Source: Camelus dromedarius (taxonomy: Eukaryota). Taken from it: a stretch of DNA of 64,000 bases. Positions 40,605-53,661 of this stretch are shown in pieces. Every line of letters begins with the position of its first letter. Position 1 is the stretch's first letter. The stretch covers positions 73,656,001 through 73,720,000 of the forward strand of contig NC_087444.1 of NCBI RefSeq assembly GCF_036321535.1, in the 5' to 3' direction. A program made the position numbers and the translations under genes. Below the pieces are notes generated by a model, which saw nothing but the letters and a program-made list of their open reading frames with translations, had not been told where the DNA came from and did not search any database.

Positions 40605-43600
40605 NNNNNNNNNNNNNNNNNNNNNNNNNNNNNNNNNNNNNNNNNNNNNNNNNNNNNNNNNNNNNNNNNNNNNNNNNNNNNNNNNNNNNNNNNNNNNNNN
40701 NNNNNNNNNNNNNNNNNNNNNNNNNNNNNNNNNNNNNNNNNNNNNNNNNNCATATGTACGCCCTCCACCTAAACGCACACTAGTTACATGCATAGAGGCT
40801 GGTGGGCAGTTGCTGGCTTCCCCCTACATTTCAGGGACATCCGCCCGGGACACGGAGTTCTGAAAAATCCTTCTCTTCCATCCTTCCTCCCTTCCTTCCT
40901 TCCTTCAACAAATACAAATTGAGCACCTATTATCTACCAAGAAATGTTCCAGGCAATGAGGACACAGTAGGGAGCAAAACAGTCATGCCTCTCAGCGAAC
41001 TGCCTTAGTGGAAGGTGTTTCAGTTAGCTAATGCTGTGTGACAAGCCAGCCCCAGCAGAACAACTTCAACTGCAAAATGTATTATTTCTCACAGTTACAT
41101 GGATTGACTCGGTGCTTCTTCTCTCCTTGTGGTGTCATTGAAGCCTCTTCATGCAGCTGCACTCAGCAGGGAGCTTGGCTGGGACAATTGGGTCTCCTCC
41201 ACATGGCCTCTCTCCTGAAGGACAGATGGGCTTCCTCACAGCATGGCAGCTGCATTCCAAGAGAACGCATATCAGTGTTCTAAGAAATGCAGAAAGTGTG
41301 TGTGCTCAGTACCCATTACAGACAGGGTTAGAGTGATAGTCACTGCTTACTAGTAATTGTCCACCTCCTTGTGCCTTTCCCATGGGGCCTCCTGGCTTAT
41401 CCCCGACAGTCTCCTGAAGCAGGCACCAGGCTGTTTCACAGGCTGGGGGAGTTCAGATCCTCAGCCCTCATGTGGCAGTCAGGTTTTGAACCTAGGCCAG
41501 TGACACTCAGTGCATCTCCCTTCCGTACTGCTGCCCACTTCTCTGCAGCTCACTCCACGCAAAGGACAGCCAGTTTCAGGTTTGTTAAGCAGGGGTTGGA
41601 CTGAAGGATGGCAGGGAGCTAGAGTCCCCAAAGCAGGATGTTGTGGATTCAAATCCTGGCTCTGGGCTCCTGGGAAGGGCATGACTTCTCTGCCTTGGTT
41701 TCTCCATCTGTGAGGGGAAGAGGGTCCCATGAGCACTTGCTCTGTAGGTGTCAGGTCCCCTCTGCATTTACTCAACAGAGACTTTTGAGCTTTTATTACC
41801 AGCAACAGTGGTTCTGTGTTCTGGAAGCAGTGAGTGTTGCTTTTCAAAATACTGACTGAACCCGTGTTCACAGCAGCGCTTTCCACAACAGGCAGAAGAT
41901 GGAAGCAACCCAAGTGTCCATCAGTGGATGAACAGATAAACACAATGTGGTCTATCTGTACAATGGGATATTATCCAGCCTTCAAAAGGAAGGAGANNNN
42001 NNNNNNNNNNNNNNNNNNNNNNNNNNNNNNNNNNNNNNNNNNNNNNNNNNNNNNNNNNNNNNNNNNNNNNNNNNNNNNNNNNNNNNNNNNNNNNNNNNNN
42101 NNNNNNNNNNNNNNNNNNNNNNNNNNNNNNNNNNNNNNNNNNNNNNNNNNNNNNNNNNNNNNNNNNNNNNNTTGGGAGTTGCTGTGTAATGAGGACAGGG
42201 TTTTGGTTTTCCAAGATGCAGAATTACTGGAGATTGGCTGCACAACACTGCCAGTATATTTAACACTGTTGAACTGTACACCTAAAAATGGTAAAGATGG
42301 CACGTTTTATGTTATGTGTATTTTACTATAGTTTTTAAAAACACACACACAACAGATATGGGTTCAAGGTTTAAATCCTAGCTCTGCCACTTCCAGGCTG
42401 TGTGACTTTGGGCAAGTGACTGTACCTCTCTGTGCCTCGGTAGTGATAATTTACGGGAGTGGGGAGGATTAAGTTCTTGATATTGTGCAGCAATAAATAA
42501 CATAGATAGGGCTCCTGCCTGCAGGGAAACAACAATCACTACAAATATTCTGATTCTATTATTATTGTTTTATTATTATTCAAGGTGCAGTACAGATATA
42601 AAACAGGGTTATGGGAGTTCCTGGTGGTTTAGGAAGTCAGACTAACTTTGACCCCCAAACTGCAAAGGAGCTGGCAGGGCAAGGGGAGTGTAGGGATTTG
42701 GGAATGAGTGACTTGAATTAAAGACCTGCCTCTAGGTCACCTTCTCCTTGTGACCTTGGCCTTCTGAGCCATGGTGTCTAAAGAGAGCAAAGTGGAAGTC
42801 AAAGCAAGACAGAACTCTGCTGATGCCCAGGGAGGTGTGGGAGGAACTTAAATCGAAGCTTTCTGAAGAGGCCTGGCTGGGCAGAGGAGGGTTAGGACCA
42901 GTAAGATCTCTCCTGGGGGTGACAGGTGCCATGGTGGGGGTTTGGGGAGAGTTGGGGGGTGGTTGGCTCAGACGTGTATGAGACACAGTCGTATCATATT
43001 GCCACAGGCTGATGGCAGTCATCAATTCACCATTTTAAGGTGTATGATAGAGGGGGTTTTAGCACACTCACAATGTTATGCAAGCATCACCACTATTGAA
43101 TTCCAGATCATTTCCATTCCCTCAAAAAAAACCCAGTACCTATAGCAATCACTCCTCATGCCCATTCCCCCACCCTGGCCCCTGGCAACCACTAATCTAC
43201 TCTCTGTCTTTCTTGATTTGCCTACTCAGGACACATCATATAAGTAATCAGACAGTAAGCAGCCTTTTGTGCCTGGCTCCTTTCACTTTGCGTGTCTTCC
43301 TAGTCCATCTATGTTATAGCGTGCATCGGTGCTTCAGTCCTTTTGACGACTGAATACCAAATAGACTTTTGCAAAGTCCTGAGTGACAATACTAATTGCA
43401 GGAATTTATTTCACAAATACTGGTCAGGTACTAAAGTTCCCAGAGATTCTCATACCCTTGCCCCCAGAAGAAATCCAGAATATAGTATGTGCTTAATTAA
43501 ATATCTGAGCAGATAGAATCACGGAAGGTATAGTCTATATAGTGGAGACTGTAGTGGAGAGTGACAGACATGGTAGCCCCTCCCCCCCAGCCCCCAAGCC

Positions 43601-43699
43601 ATAATAGCCCTGCTTGACCTGGACCTTTCCAGAGCAGCCTAGAGGGGACACTGGCAGTCCCAGAATGGAGCATCAAAGACAAGCGATGTAGATCCCAAG

Positions 43700-44114
43700 C
43701 AGTGGTGTGTTGGAGTCAGCACACACCTCTTCAGAGAGAGCTGATAGTTAAATTTCTAGGAATGCTGCCTGCTGTTTGTTAAGCACAGCCATTACCTAGA
43801 ATTAAATTATACCACTTACAATTGAATATATTACACAACAGGGAATGAGTGCTCAGAACTCATCACACCCTAATTATCTTACTACATTGTACAATAATCT
43901 ATCTCACGGTTATTTCTCTCTATTGTCTGCATGGCGGGGATATAACCGTGTTTTGCTGTGCACGTTTTTCCAATTCTGTGACCCACAGTGTCCTGTTGGT
44001 AGCTTGAAATTGACCATGGTGGGAGTTTTTAGACCGTGGAAATTGACAAATGCTACCAAGCAGGGTTTTCTTCTCAAGAGAGCCGGTTGTTAAGAGTTTA
44101 CCAGCACACCCCTG
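43700..44114. mobile_element. hAT-family MITE (MER63-like)
   Basis: Terminal inverted repeats CAGTGGTGTGTTGG (43700) and CCAGCACACCCCTG (44101-44114) match at 12/14 positions, with a degenerate 8-bp flanking duplication. Confidence 0.55.
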
Positions 44115-47100
44115 GTCCCCAAGAAGGGTTAGGGTGTTAGGGTGGTAGTTCCCAATTCAGGAGTACTGTTCCTCGGGGGGCATTTTTAGTTGTCACAATG
44201 GTTGTCTGGCGCTAACACATCGTTTAGTGACTGAGGGCCAGGGCTGCTAAAAGTTACACAGTGAAGAATCGCCCTGTAACCCCATGACTTTTTTTTTATT
44301 TACTATGTTGTAATAGTTTCTGGTGTACAGCATAGTGATTCAGTTATACATACATACATATAGACATATTCTTTTTCATATTCTTTTCCAGTACAGTTAC
44401 TACAAGCCATTGAATATAGTTCTCTGTGCTATACAGTAGGACCTTGTTGTTTCTCTATTCTGTACATAGTGGTTTGTATCAGCCAATCCCACTCATGACT
44501 TTTGAACAACCTGTTAGACATCCATACAGGTGAAAAATCTGCTTCTCTGTTTCTGAGCCCCAAATCTGCTTTACATATATTATAAGTACCCCTCTCAATT
44601 TGCTACTTTTTTCCACATCATTCAATCATGGGGGAAACCGGGTCATTTGTCCTGTAGACTGCGTCCTACTGGCTGATTTTGTCCTCATGTTGTTAAGTCA
44701 CTGGAAACTTTGTCCTCTTGTTTTCTAAAAACTGATGATTACAGTGGGAGACTTGATTGGATTCAAGCCCCCTTTTTTTTCCCTTGTGGGGATGGAAGGA
44801 GGGCATTTGTACATGTCACCAGTAGGGGAGGTATCCAGAGGGCTACTTGTCCCTCTTTCAGTGTTAGGAGTGCTGGGAACTCTGGTGATGCCCGCCTCAC
44901 CACCCACCCCTCCAGTAAAATGCTTCTGCAATCTTGAGCTTTGCTTGGACCCATAATATACCATTAAGAGATACAAAATGGTCTTTTCCCAAGAGAATCT
45001 TTTTTTAAATAAGGGAAACTGAGAAGAGTTGCTATTTGCCAGGTGTTCTCCAAAATTCTACCCTGCCTGGTTTCATATTCCAGCCTCTGTGACTTTCTAG
45101 CTCTGTGACCTTGGGCAAGTGCCTTCACCTCTGTGTGTCTTGGGTTTCTCAGCTGTGCTGTAGGGCACACGAGTGTCTCTCTCACGGAATTGGTGTGAAG
45201 GTGGAATGAGGTTGGTAGGCCAGGTAACTGCTAACAGTTGTTTGCCCAAATAAATGTAGGACCCTGAGAAGGCTGAGTCTGGGAGAGCCAAGGCCAGCAG
45301 GACTCTGTCCTCCTCCTCCAGGCTGCCTTCCATGTCTACATCCTGGCAGCACCCGGCACCTGGGGAGGAAGGAGGAGCTTGGGCTCAACTGGCTCTGGCA
45401 GCTCAGGCACCCTGCCTCTCACAAGCTCCCAGAGGCTGAACAGATTCTGGGCGGGGTTTTCTGGCCACAGGTGCTGGAAGGTTTGGCAGATTCTGAGTGA
45501 GAAGTCGTCCCTGAGGGGAGGGAGCACGCTGAGCTGCCACTTTGTTGTCCAGCCAGGACCAGGTGAGAGATGGTGAGGGGGAGTTTCTCCCCACACCCGC
45601 AGCCCGCTCGCGTTACACACACACGCGCGCGCGCGCACGGGACAGAGGGCTGGGGAGAGACTTGAACCCAGAGATTCAGCGCCCACCTCCTCTGGCCCCA
45701 GCACACGGGCCACCTGACCTCCCGGCAGCCCCCTAGCCGGCTGCCTTTCTCAGCTCCCACTGCCTTCCTTCCTTGCAGATCGGTTACTTGAACCCCCTTC
45801 CCCCTCCGTCCCCATCGCTCTCCCTTCCCCCTCCAAGGCCACAGGCTTCCTTCCTCCCTCCCTCCTGTCACCATTTCCCTGGAACCGACCTGAGACAACC
45901 TGACAATGGCAAGCCAGGACCGGCCTGATAGTAACTTGAATGACTTGGTCCCATCTTGGTCCCATCTGAGATTGAGACAGACTGCAGGACCCCGATGCTT
46001 AGAGACCCCGGGCGGCAGGCCCCACCCCCAGGCCGCAGGCCCCACCCCCAGGCCAGCCCTTACCCCGGAAGTGGCCTGATCCCTGGCTTCTTTATCCCAT
46101 CCTGAGTCACCATTTCTGTCCTAAGTCTGAGAATAGAGTTGGAGATTTCCAAGTGGTAGCCCAACATTTTTGTCTTAAGCTCTTCCCCAGGGTTGTGGTG
46201 ATAGTGTGAATTTCGGGAATAGGGATGGACAGCGCAAACCTGTCCATGCCTAGCCGAGGGAGAGCGGAGGGAGAGCGGGGAGCTGGCAGTGAGGCCGGGA
46301 CTCAGCTGATTGACCTGAGCTGACCTGGGGGAAGGAGGCTGGAAAGGGTAGGGAGGGGCTTTCAGAGCCGAAGGAACAGGTCTGGCAAATCCCAGGGTGT
46401 GACAGAACTGGGCTTGAGGAAGGGGAGTGTTGGGGTTACTCCCTGGTGACAAAGCCTGGGGGGGCGGGGGGGTGGGGTGGGGGGAGGGGACAGGACGCCC
46501 AGAAGGGCTGTGAGCTGAGGAGGAGGCAGGGTCAGCTCTCATGTGGGGCAGGAAGGGAGGCGAGGAGGCTGTGGCCAGCCTCCCAAGAGAGGAGAGGATG
46601 AGGCCAGGCCTGGGTAGAGAGAAGTGGACCAGATGGAAAAAGTTGAAAAGAAGCTATCGGCAGATTTTGGTGATCTCTTTGCTGAGAGACCTGAAGGCTT
46701 CATTCCTCCTTTGAAGTTGGGGCTCTTTTCTGTTCTGTATCCTCCTGCAGCCCCTCAAGCGGTGACCCCCCCCCCCCCAGGACCAAGGTGGAGGAAGGGG
46801 CCTTGACCCCTCACTCCAAGGCCTAATGCAGCTATAAGACTGAGGGCAGGTAAGGAGATGTACTTCCTGACCTCAGAGGACTGGGGGAAAGGCAGGTTCC
46901 TCCAATTTGCCAGAAGCTGCCTCTGGTCCAGACTCCAGCTGCTGGCTTTCCCCAAAGTTCCCCACTGACGACATCAGCGAGCCGCTTTCCCAGTTTCCTC
47001 CCCTCCTCGCCAGCACCCGCCCCAGCCCTGGCCCTCCCCCAGGCCTGCCACCCACCCTCCTCTCTGACCAGTCGCTGAGCCTTAGTTTCCTTAGCTTTCA

Positions 47101-49703
47101 AATGGACGTACTTACACCTGCTTTCCAGGTTGTTGTTAAAATTTACTAAGAGAAAACTGCAGGAAGGGGGACACGAGAGACAGGACACTTGGTTTCAGCC
47201 TGACGTTAATGTGAGTTTGGAGTGTGTCCCCTGCCACGGGAGACAGGACCGGCCCACTCGGTGCACATCCCGCCGCAGCCCTGCAGAGCGGTGCTGTTAT
47301 TATTACCTCCGATTTTTGGATGTTGACACTGAGAGGCACAGACCCTTGGTCAAGATCCTACAGATAATTAGAGGCTTCTGACCACACCTCACTGAGCTTC
47401 TCTCCAAACCTAAATCTTTCAGAACCTCACAGCGAGGCCCATGCTCCCAGACCCTGGGTTACAGCCTGTGAGGCTCTTCCCGCCTCCTCCTCCTCTCCCT
47501 GCAGCCTCAGTCAAGGTCAGGGCTTTGGTCAAGGTCAGGGGGCTGAGGTCTACAGGCCAGTTAGGCCCCTCAGCAGTGGCCCATCCCCTTTTCCGGATAA
47601 GAAGGGAGGGAACACCTAGGGAGACTTAGAGCCATAGTTCTAGAATATTCTGCATTTTTTCTTACCCAGAGGAAACTGGCCTTCTTGTCTTTCTGTCTGC
47701 TGTAAACAAATTTTCAAGGGGACCTTTGGGGCACTGGCTGCCAGTGCAGAGATGAGGAGGTTTGATTGTGAAAATCTCTTCTTCCAGTATTCATTGTTTC
47801 ACCCAGTAGGTGCTGGGAAATGGAGATGTGGGGAAAAAAAGCAAAGAAAAAGGTAGGGATGTAGGGAAGTGAATGAGGCAGGGAGATGTTGGCAGAGACT
47901 CAGTGAGAGGGGGAGAAAAAAACAAATGGGGCCAGAGGGGGACTTGACAGAGGTAGAACTTGTACCCCTTCTACATGTGTCTCCTGAGCACCTATTAACA
48001 TGTGTGTAAGAAAGACGCTGAGACTGAGAGATCCCAAAGGGACTGTCCTGGAGAAGGAGAGAACGGGGACAGAGCAGAGACTGGAGGTGGCACCCAAGTG
48101 GCGTAAGATTCATCTTGTCCATCTGCCTCTTTTCTCTCTGTCTCTGTCTCTGCCTCTCTGTCTCTGTATCTGCTTTTGTCTTTCTATTCCTGTCTCTGTC
48201 TGTTTCTTTCTTCCTGTCTTCCTTTCCCTGCCTCCCTCTTCCTCTCTGTCTCAGTTTCTGTTTGTCTGTCTCTCTCCCTGTCTTTGGTTCTGTCCTTGTC
48301 TTTTCCTCCGTATCTTTCTATTTCCCCCTCTCTCTTTTTTTGGTCTCTTTTTCCATCTCTCTCTCCTCCTTCCCCCTCTCACTTCCTTCCCTCCATCTTT
48401 CTGCCTTCCCCCAAGCATTCCCCCTGGCCCCCGGCATCCCAAGTCCCGTCCTTGGCCAGCGGGGAGCCAGACAGAGGTGCCAAGTCTACCCCTTGCCCTT
48501 CAAGGACTCACCGTCCAGTTGGAGAAGGGAAGAGAGGACCACAGTGGGAAGAAAGCAGAGGCCACTCCGCAGAAAGCTTGCCTCCTCCTACCGTGGGGCT
48601 CCCTCCGCCTTCCCGCAGCTTCCTCCTGCTTCCCAGTCCCCAGAGGGTTCCTCTCCACCCAGAATCAGAGGTGGGTTCTGGACCAGAATGAAATGCCACG
48701 TGGCCTTGAGGGAACAGGAACCAAGAACATCAGGACCACAAGACACTTTCACCTCTCTCTAGGGTCTTCATTGATTTTGATTCTCAGGGCTGAATCCCCT
48801 CTGCTCACAGATTTCTCCCGTTCATCTTAGACATGGCTTCATGTGCTGCCTCAGCTGGGCCCTCGGGGGCCCTTTAGCTGCCCAGCCCACAGTCAATGGG
48901 CCACCGTCTCTGGGCTTCTAACTTCCAGTTCCCAAGGGAGAGAATCTTCTTGGTACAACTTATTCTCTGGAGCCGGCACCCACCCCCAAGCATCATCGCC
49001 TGGCCAGTGGATGGGCCATCCTTGGGCCAGTCGTTGTCTTATGATGTACTATGGGCTGTGGTTTTGCCTTTTATAAAGTCACCCATCGTCTTGGATTAGC
49101 GCCAACCTCACGGTGACCTCATTATATCTTGGTCACCTCTGTAAAGACCCTGTCTCCAAATCAGGTCACATTCTGAGGGACCAAGGGGTTAAGATTTCAA
49201 TATATGTTTTTCAGAGGGATACAATTCAACCCATAACAGGCTGTAACAAGGTCTGTGGGCTGGCCGAGCAAAAATACACCTCCTTAATACAGTGCACGTC
49301 ATGATCGCCCATCGCCTGCTCTCTTTATCTTATGCCTTCAATGCCATTTAAAAAAAAAATCAAACCTCAGTCATGGCAGGTGAATCACAGATATACTCAA
49401 TCACTCCCCAGAGATATAACCTCCCAAAGTCAGCTCGGTCCACGGGATCTGTCTCTGATGTATGGGGCGACCTTAGTTGATCTCAGAATTCACCACCTCT
49501 GATGAAACAGATTCCTCCTCTAGGCCTGCCCTCATCACATTCATGTGTGACTCCCCCCAATTCTATGATCTGTGTTCTAAGGGCTAGATTTGACCATTTA
49601 CCCATACACCCAATATAAAACGTGGAAACCAACTGGTCACTGGCCCAGAGCCCATATAGACAGCATCTTTTGCTTTATATGGGATAATATCAAAAGTTGA
49701 TGG

Positions 49704-49803
49704 AGGGGGGTGGTAATAGCTCAGTGTTAGAGCATGTGCTTAGCATGGATGAGGTCCTAGGTTCAATCCCCAGTACCTCCATTAGGAAAAAGAAGAAGAA
49801 AAA
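49704..49803 (+). mobile_element. tRNA-Ala-derived camelid-type SINE
   Basis: TAGCTCAGTGTTAGAGCATGTGCTTAGCATGGATGAGGTCCTAGGTTCAATCCCCAGTACCTCC plus A-rich tail. Confidence 0.85.
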
Positions 49804-50339
49804 CTGACTGCATGTGTGTATGTGCCAGGCACGGTTTTAATCCTCAGAGAAAGCTGTGGGAGCTGGCAGTCAGCAGCCCGCAGCCAGAGGGTGTGTGCTT
49901 AACCAGAGAGAGACGTGTCCTCTCTGGCTCACTGTGTCAAGTACATTCCACACAGAGCTGAGTGAACGGAGGTTGCACTTCCAGTGGCCAGGAGGAAGGG
50001 CCTCACGTGGAACTTGCGGGCAGTAAGACTGAGACTCAGCTGAGCTTTGAAATGAACCTTCTTCAGTCAACCCAGCCTCCCTGACTCCTTTCTTTCAAGT
50101 CAAAAAGGGTTAGAGGAGATTGTGCCACCAGGGAGCTATTTCTGGTTGGGCTCAACACCTGGGGATGACCCAAAGGGCCCACCCCCGCAGCTGAGTTGGT
50201 TCAATTCAAATCCAGGCATGTAGTTGACAAGCCTCAATCTCTTCTGGAAAGATAACGCTTATGTGCTCTTAATAGCTCAAGGGTTTCAGTGACTTATAAA
50301 TCAGAAGCAGGGATATCGCCACATTTGGTTTTTTGCTAA

Positions 50340-51135
50340 CTTTTTTTTCGAAGTATAGTTGATTTACAATGTTGTGTTAGTTTCTGGTGTACAGCATAGA
50401 TATGCATATATATGTATTCTTTTTCATACTATTTGTCATTATAGGTTATTACCGGATATTGAATATAGTTCCCTGTGCTGTACAGTAGGACTTTGTTGTT
50501 TTTCTATTTTATATATAATAGTTTGTTATATGTAACATATCTGCTAATCTCAAACACCTAATTTATCTCTCCACCCCCATCCCTTTTGGTAACCATGTTT
50601 GTTTTCTATGTCTGCAAGTCTGTTTTGCAAGTAAGTTCATTTGTATCATTTTTTTTAGACTCCACATATAAGTGACATCATATGATATTTGTCTTTCTCT
50701 GTCTGACTTACTTCACTTAGTATGATCATCTCTAGATCCATCCATGTTGCTGCTAATGGCNNNNNNNNNNNNNNNNNNNNNNNNNNNNNNNNNNNNNNNN
50801 NNNNNNNNNNNNNNNNNNNNNNNNNNNNNNNNNNNNNNNNNNNNNNNNNNNNNNNNNNNNNNNNNNNNNNNNNNNNNNNNNNNNNNNNNNNNNNNNNNNN
50901 NNNNNNNNNNNNNNNNNNNNNNNNNNNNNNNNNNNNNNNNNNNNNNNNNNNNNNNNNCTTTTCTAATTAATGGTTCCTCTGGATCATATGATAACTTTAG
51001 TTTTTTAAGGAATTTCTGCACTATTTTCCATACTAGCTGCACCAAATTACATTCCCACAAACAGGGCAGGGGGGTTCCCTTTTCTCCATACCCTTCCCAG
51101 CATTTGTTATTGGTAGACTTTTTAGTGATGGCCCT
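50340..51135 (-). mobile_element. L1 3' fragment spanning N gap 50761-50957
   Basis: T-rich start then AGTATAGTTGATTTACAATGTTGTGTTAGTTTCTGG...GATTCCAC/CTCCACATATAAGTG..., L1 3'UTR and ORF2-end motifs. Similar short 3' ends lie at about 36730-36850 and 44290-44480. Confidence 0.75.
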
Positions 51136-52044
51136 CTGCTAACTTTCTATCAGCCATAGTTAACCCGAAAGGACCACACCTGCATAGCTTCCGGCACCTT
51201 CCCAGCTTCAGCCAGGTCACACCTAGCTTGATTTAGCCCCAATGTTCTCTTCTTAGTGGCCACTTAGTTCAGTAGTTTGACCAGGAACACAAGCCCTAGA
51301 CCAAATCAAATAGACATCTTTATCTTTCATCTACCTTGGTGCAAAGCCTCCAGGATATGCTGCGATTATAGCCTGCTCATAAGGAAGAGGTTTTTATACG
51401 TGGGTGGGAACCTCACATTCACAGAGAAGGAAGAGGGAAGTCTTTGGAAAAGCTGAGAGAACATCATTCCTTTGACTCCTCCCAGACATCTCCATTCCTG
51501 TTCTCTTGGAGCCCCATCTTACACAATTAGGTGCCACTCCTGGACTTCCACTGTGGCAACATGTGCTGGTCCCACCTAGATTGCAAGATGACAAAGTCTA
51601 TCAGTCATTTCTAGATGTAATCTTTGGCAATAACAAGGTGTTAACTGTGATAACATTAAGTAATTGTCCTGTTCCACTTTTCCTTACTGGCTTCTAGCCG
51701 CATAATGGGGAGTCAGAACCGACTTGTTTCCTGCTTTTCTTTTCTTACAACTGCTTTACTTTTGCTCAGCAATCTTATCTTCAAAGTCTCATCCTTTGGG
51801 GGCCTTTGATTTGTTCTAAAGAATCCCAGCCAACCGCTTAATTAACTGCTTCACTCTACAAAACACTGGGTCAAGATTTATGTCCCAGGATGGGGAATTC
51901 TCCAAGTCCCCTACCTCCTATAACACCATAGTGACTCCTGTGTGTTCTCGGAAGTTCTGGACTATGCAACCACCCTACCCCAGGAACTAATTTCTGTTGT
52001 AACCAGAGTTGAAAAGAACAGGTTGTATACTCGTTCAAATATAA

Positions 52045-52071
52045 GTGTGTGTGTGTGTGTGTGTGTGTGTG
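52045..52071. repeat. (GT)n microsatellite
   Basis: Perfect GT dinucleotide run directly before the SINE. Confidence 0.9.
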
Positions 52072-52073
52072 GT

Positions 52074-52249
52074 GGAGGGAGGGTATAGCTCAATGGTAGA
52101 GCATGTGCTTAGCATGCACAAGGTCCTGGGTTCAATCCCTGGTGCCTCCATTAAAAATAATAAGTAAGTAAGTAAGTAAATAAATACATACATACATACA
52201 TACATACATACATACATACCAAATCTCCCCTCACCCCCTGCCCAAAAAA
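52074..52249 (+). mobile_element. tRNA-Ala-derived camelid-type SINE with (TAAG)n/(TACA)n tail
   Basis: GGGAGGGTATAGCTCAATGGTAGAGCATGTGCTTAGCATGCACAAGGTCCTGGGTTCAATCCC head followed by tetranucleotide repeats. Confidence 0.9.
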
Positions 52250-52426
52250 ACCCGAAAGAAATATAAGCAGATTTTCTGGGATTTCTTGAGCAGGAATTGA
52301 AGTTCTCTTGAAGTCTCTGCACATCCATCTCTTCAGGTGTTTTCTGGTAATTGGCTCCCTCTGCTTCAGTTTGCATCTGACACATCCCAGCTGCACCAAC
52401 TCCTATGCTCCCTTTCAACATCACCT

Positions 52427-53160
52427 GTCATGGTTTCATAGAAATCATCTGTGGTCTTTGTCCCCAGTTCCTGGCACATAGCACCTAGAAGCCTTGACAT
52501 TTCCTGATCGATAAGCGATAGGAATGTCTTTCATACTGATGAGGCGCCTCTTGCCAGGGCTCTAGATAGCTTCAGGATGGGAGCTGGTCACCAGAAAGAC
52601 CAAACCTCCATTAGAGGATTGGCACTTTCACCCTCACCACCCCGCCCACGCCAGATCTGGAGACGAGAAAGAGACTAGACATCGAGTTCATCACCAGTGG
52701 CTAATGATTTGATCAGTCGTGCCTCCACAATGATACCTCCATGAAAACCCCAAAGAATGGGTTTCAGGGAGCTTCTGAATTAGCAAACATGAGCTAGGAG
52801 GAGGATCTGCCCCAACTCCAAGGGAACAGAAGCTCTGTGCTCAGAACCCTTCTGGACCTTGTCCTAAGGACCTCTTCTGATTACTCATTTGTCTCCTTTA
52901 TAATTAACTAGTAAACACAAGCAAAGTGCCTTCCTGAGTTCTATGAGCCATTCTAGCAAATTATCAAACCTGAGGAGGGGGACACAGGAACCCTGATCTA
53001 TACCTGGTCAATCAGAAGTATGAATAGCCCAGGGCTTGCAACTGGTGTCTGAAGTTGGGGACAGTCTGATGGAACGTAACTGTTGAACTTGCAGGATCTG
53101 ATACTAAGTCCGGGTAGATAGAGTCAGAACTGAACAGAATTGTTGGACACCGAACAATGT
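52427..53160. mobile_element. MER21-like ERV LTR
   Basis: MER21-like motifs (GAGCCATTCTAGCAAATTATCAAACCTGAGGAGGGG; GGGTAGATAGAGTCAGAACTGAA). A related copy lies in opposite orientation at about 57940-58490. Confidence 0.55.
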
Positions 53161-53601
53161 CATGAGGGAAAAAACCAACTGCCTCTGAGCCTTTTAGTAA
53201 AAAGGCTCAAGAGAAAATTGGCCAACTGGTCTTTTAGAGCCAACTTACACTTCTCAACGCCTCAGCTAAGGAAAAGAGAAGCCACCGGGGACCCAGGTGT
53301 CTGTCTCATGTTCGGTCATCTACAGCCAGGAGGGTGACCAGATCAAGTGGTTGAGCTAATGATGGAAGGGCAGTTTCCCTTCGAAGGGGATACAGACAGG
53401 CAGGCATGTCAAGGTGGACATCTCTTGAAACTGGATCCCCAGTAATTAGTAGGTTCATACACTTGTGTTCATCACATATAGACACCATACATGTATACTC
53501 ACAGTCTATAAACACTCCCATTTAAACATACAATATAATGTATGCATATATATACACAGACTCACGTACACACACATGCTGTCTAGCCACAGACAACTGC
53601 A

Positions 53602-53638
<37 letters not shown>

Positions 53639-53661
53639 CACACCCGTACATGTACACAATA

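Noticed and set aside
45105-45114. TGACCTTGG nuclear-receptor site
   Set aside because: Part of the common MIR core TGTGACCTTGGGCAAG.
46624-46806. 60-aa ORF MDQMEKVEKKLSADFGDLFAERPEGF...
   Set aside because: Looks protein-like, but I recognise no family and ORFs of this length are expected by chance.
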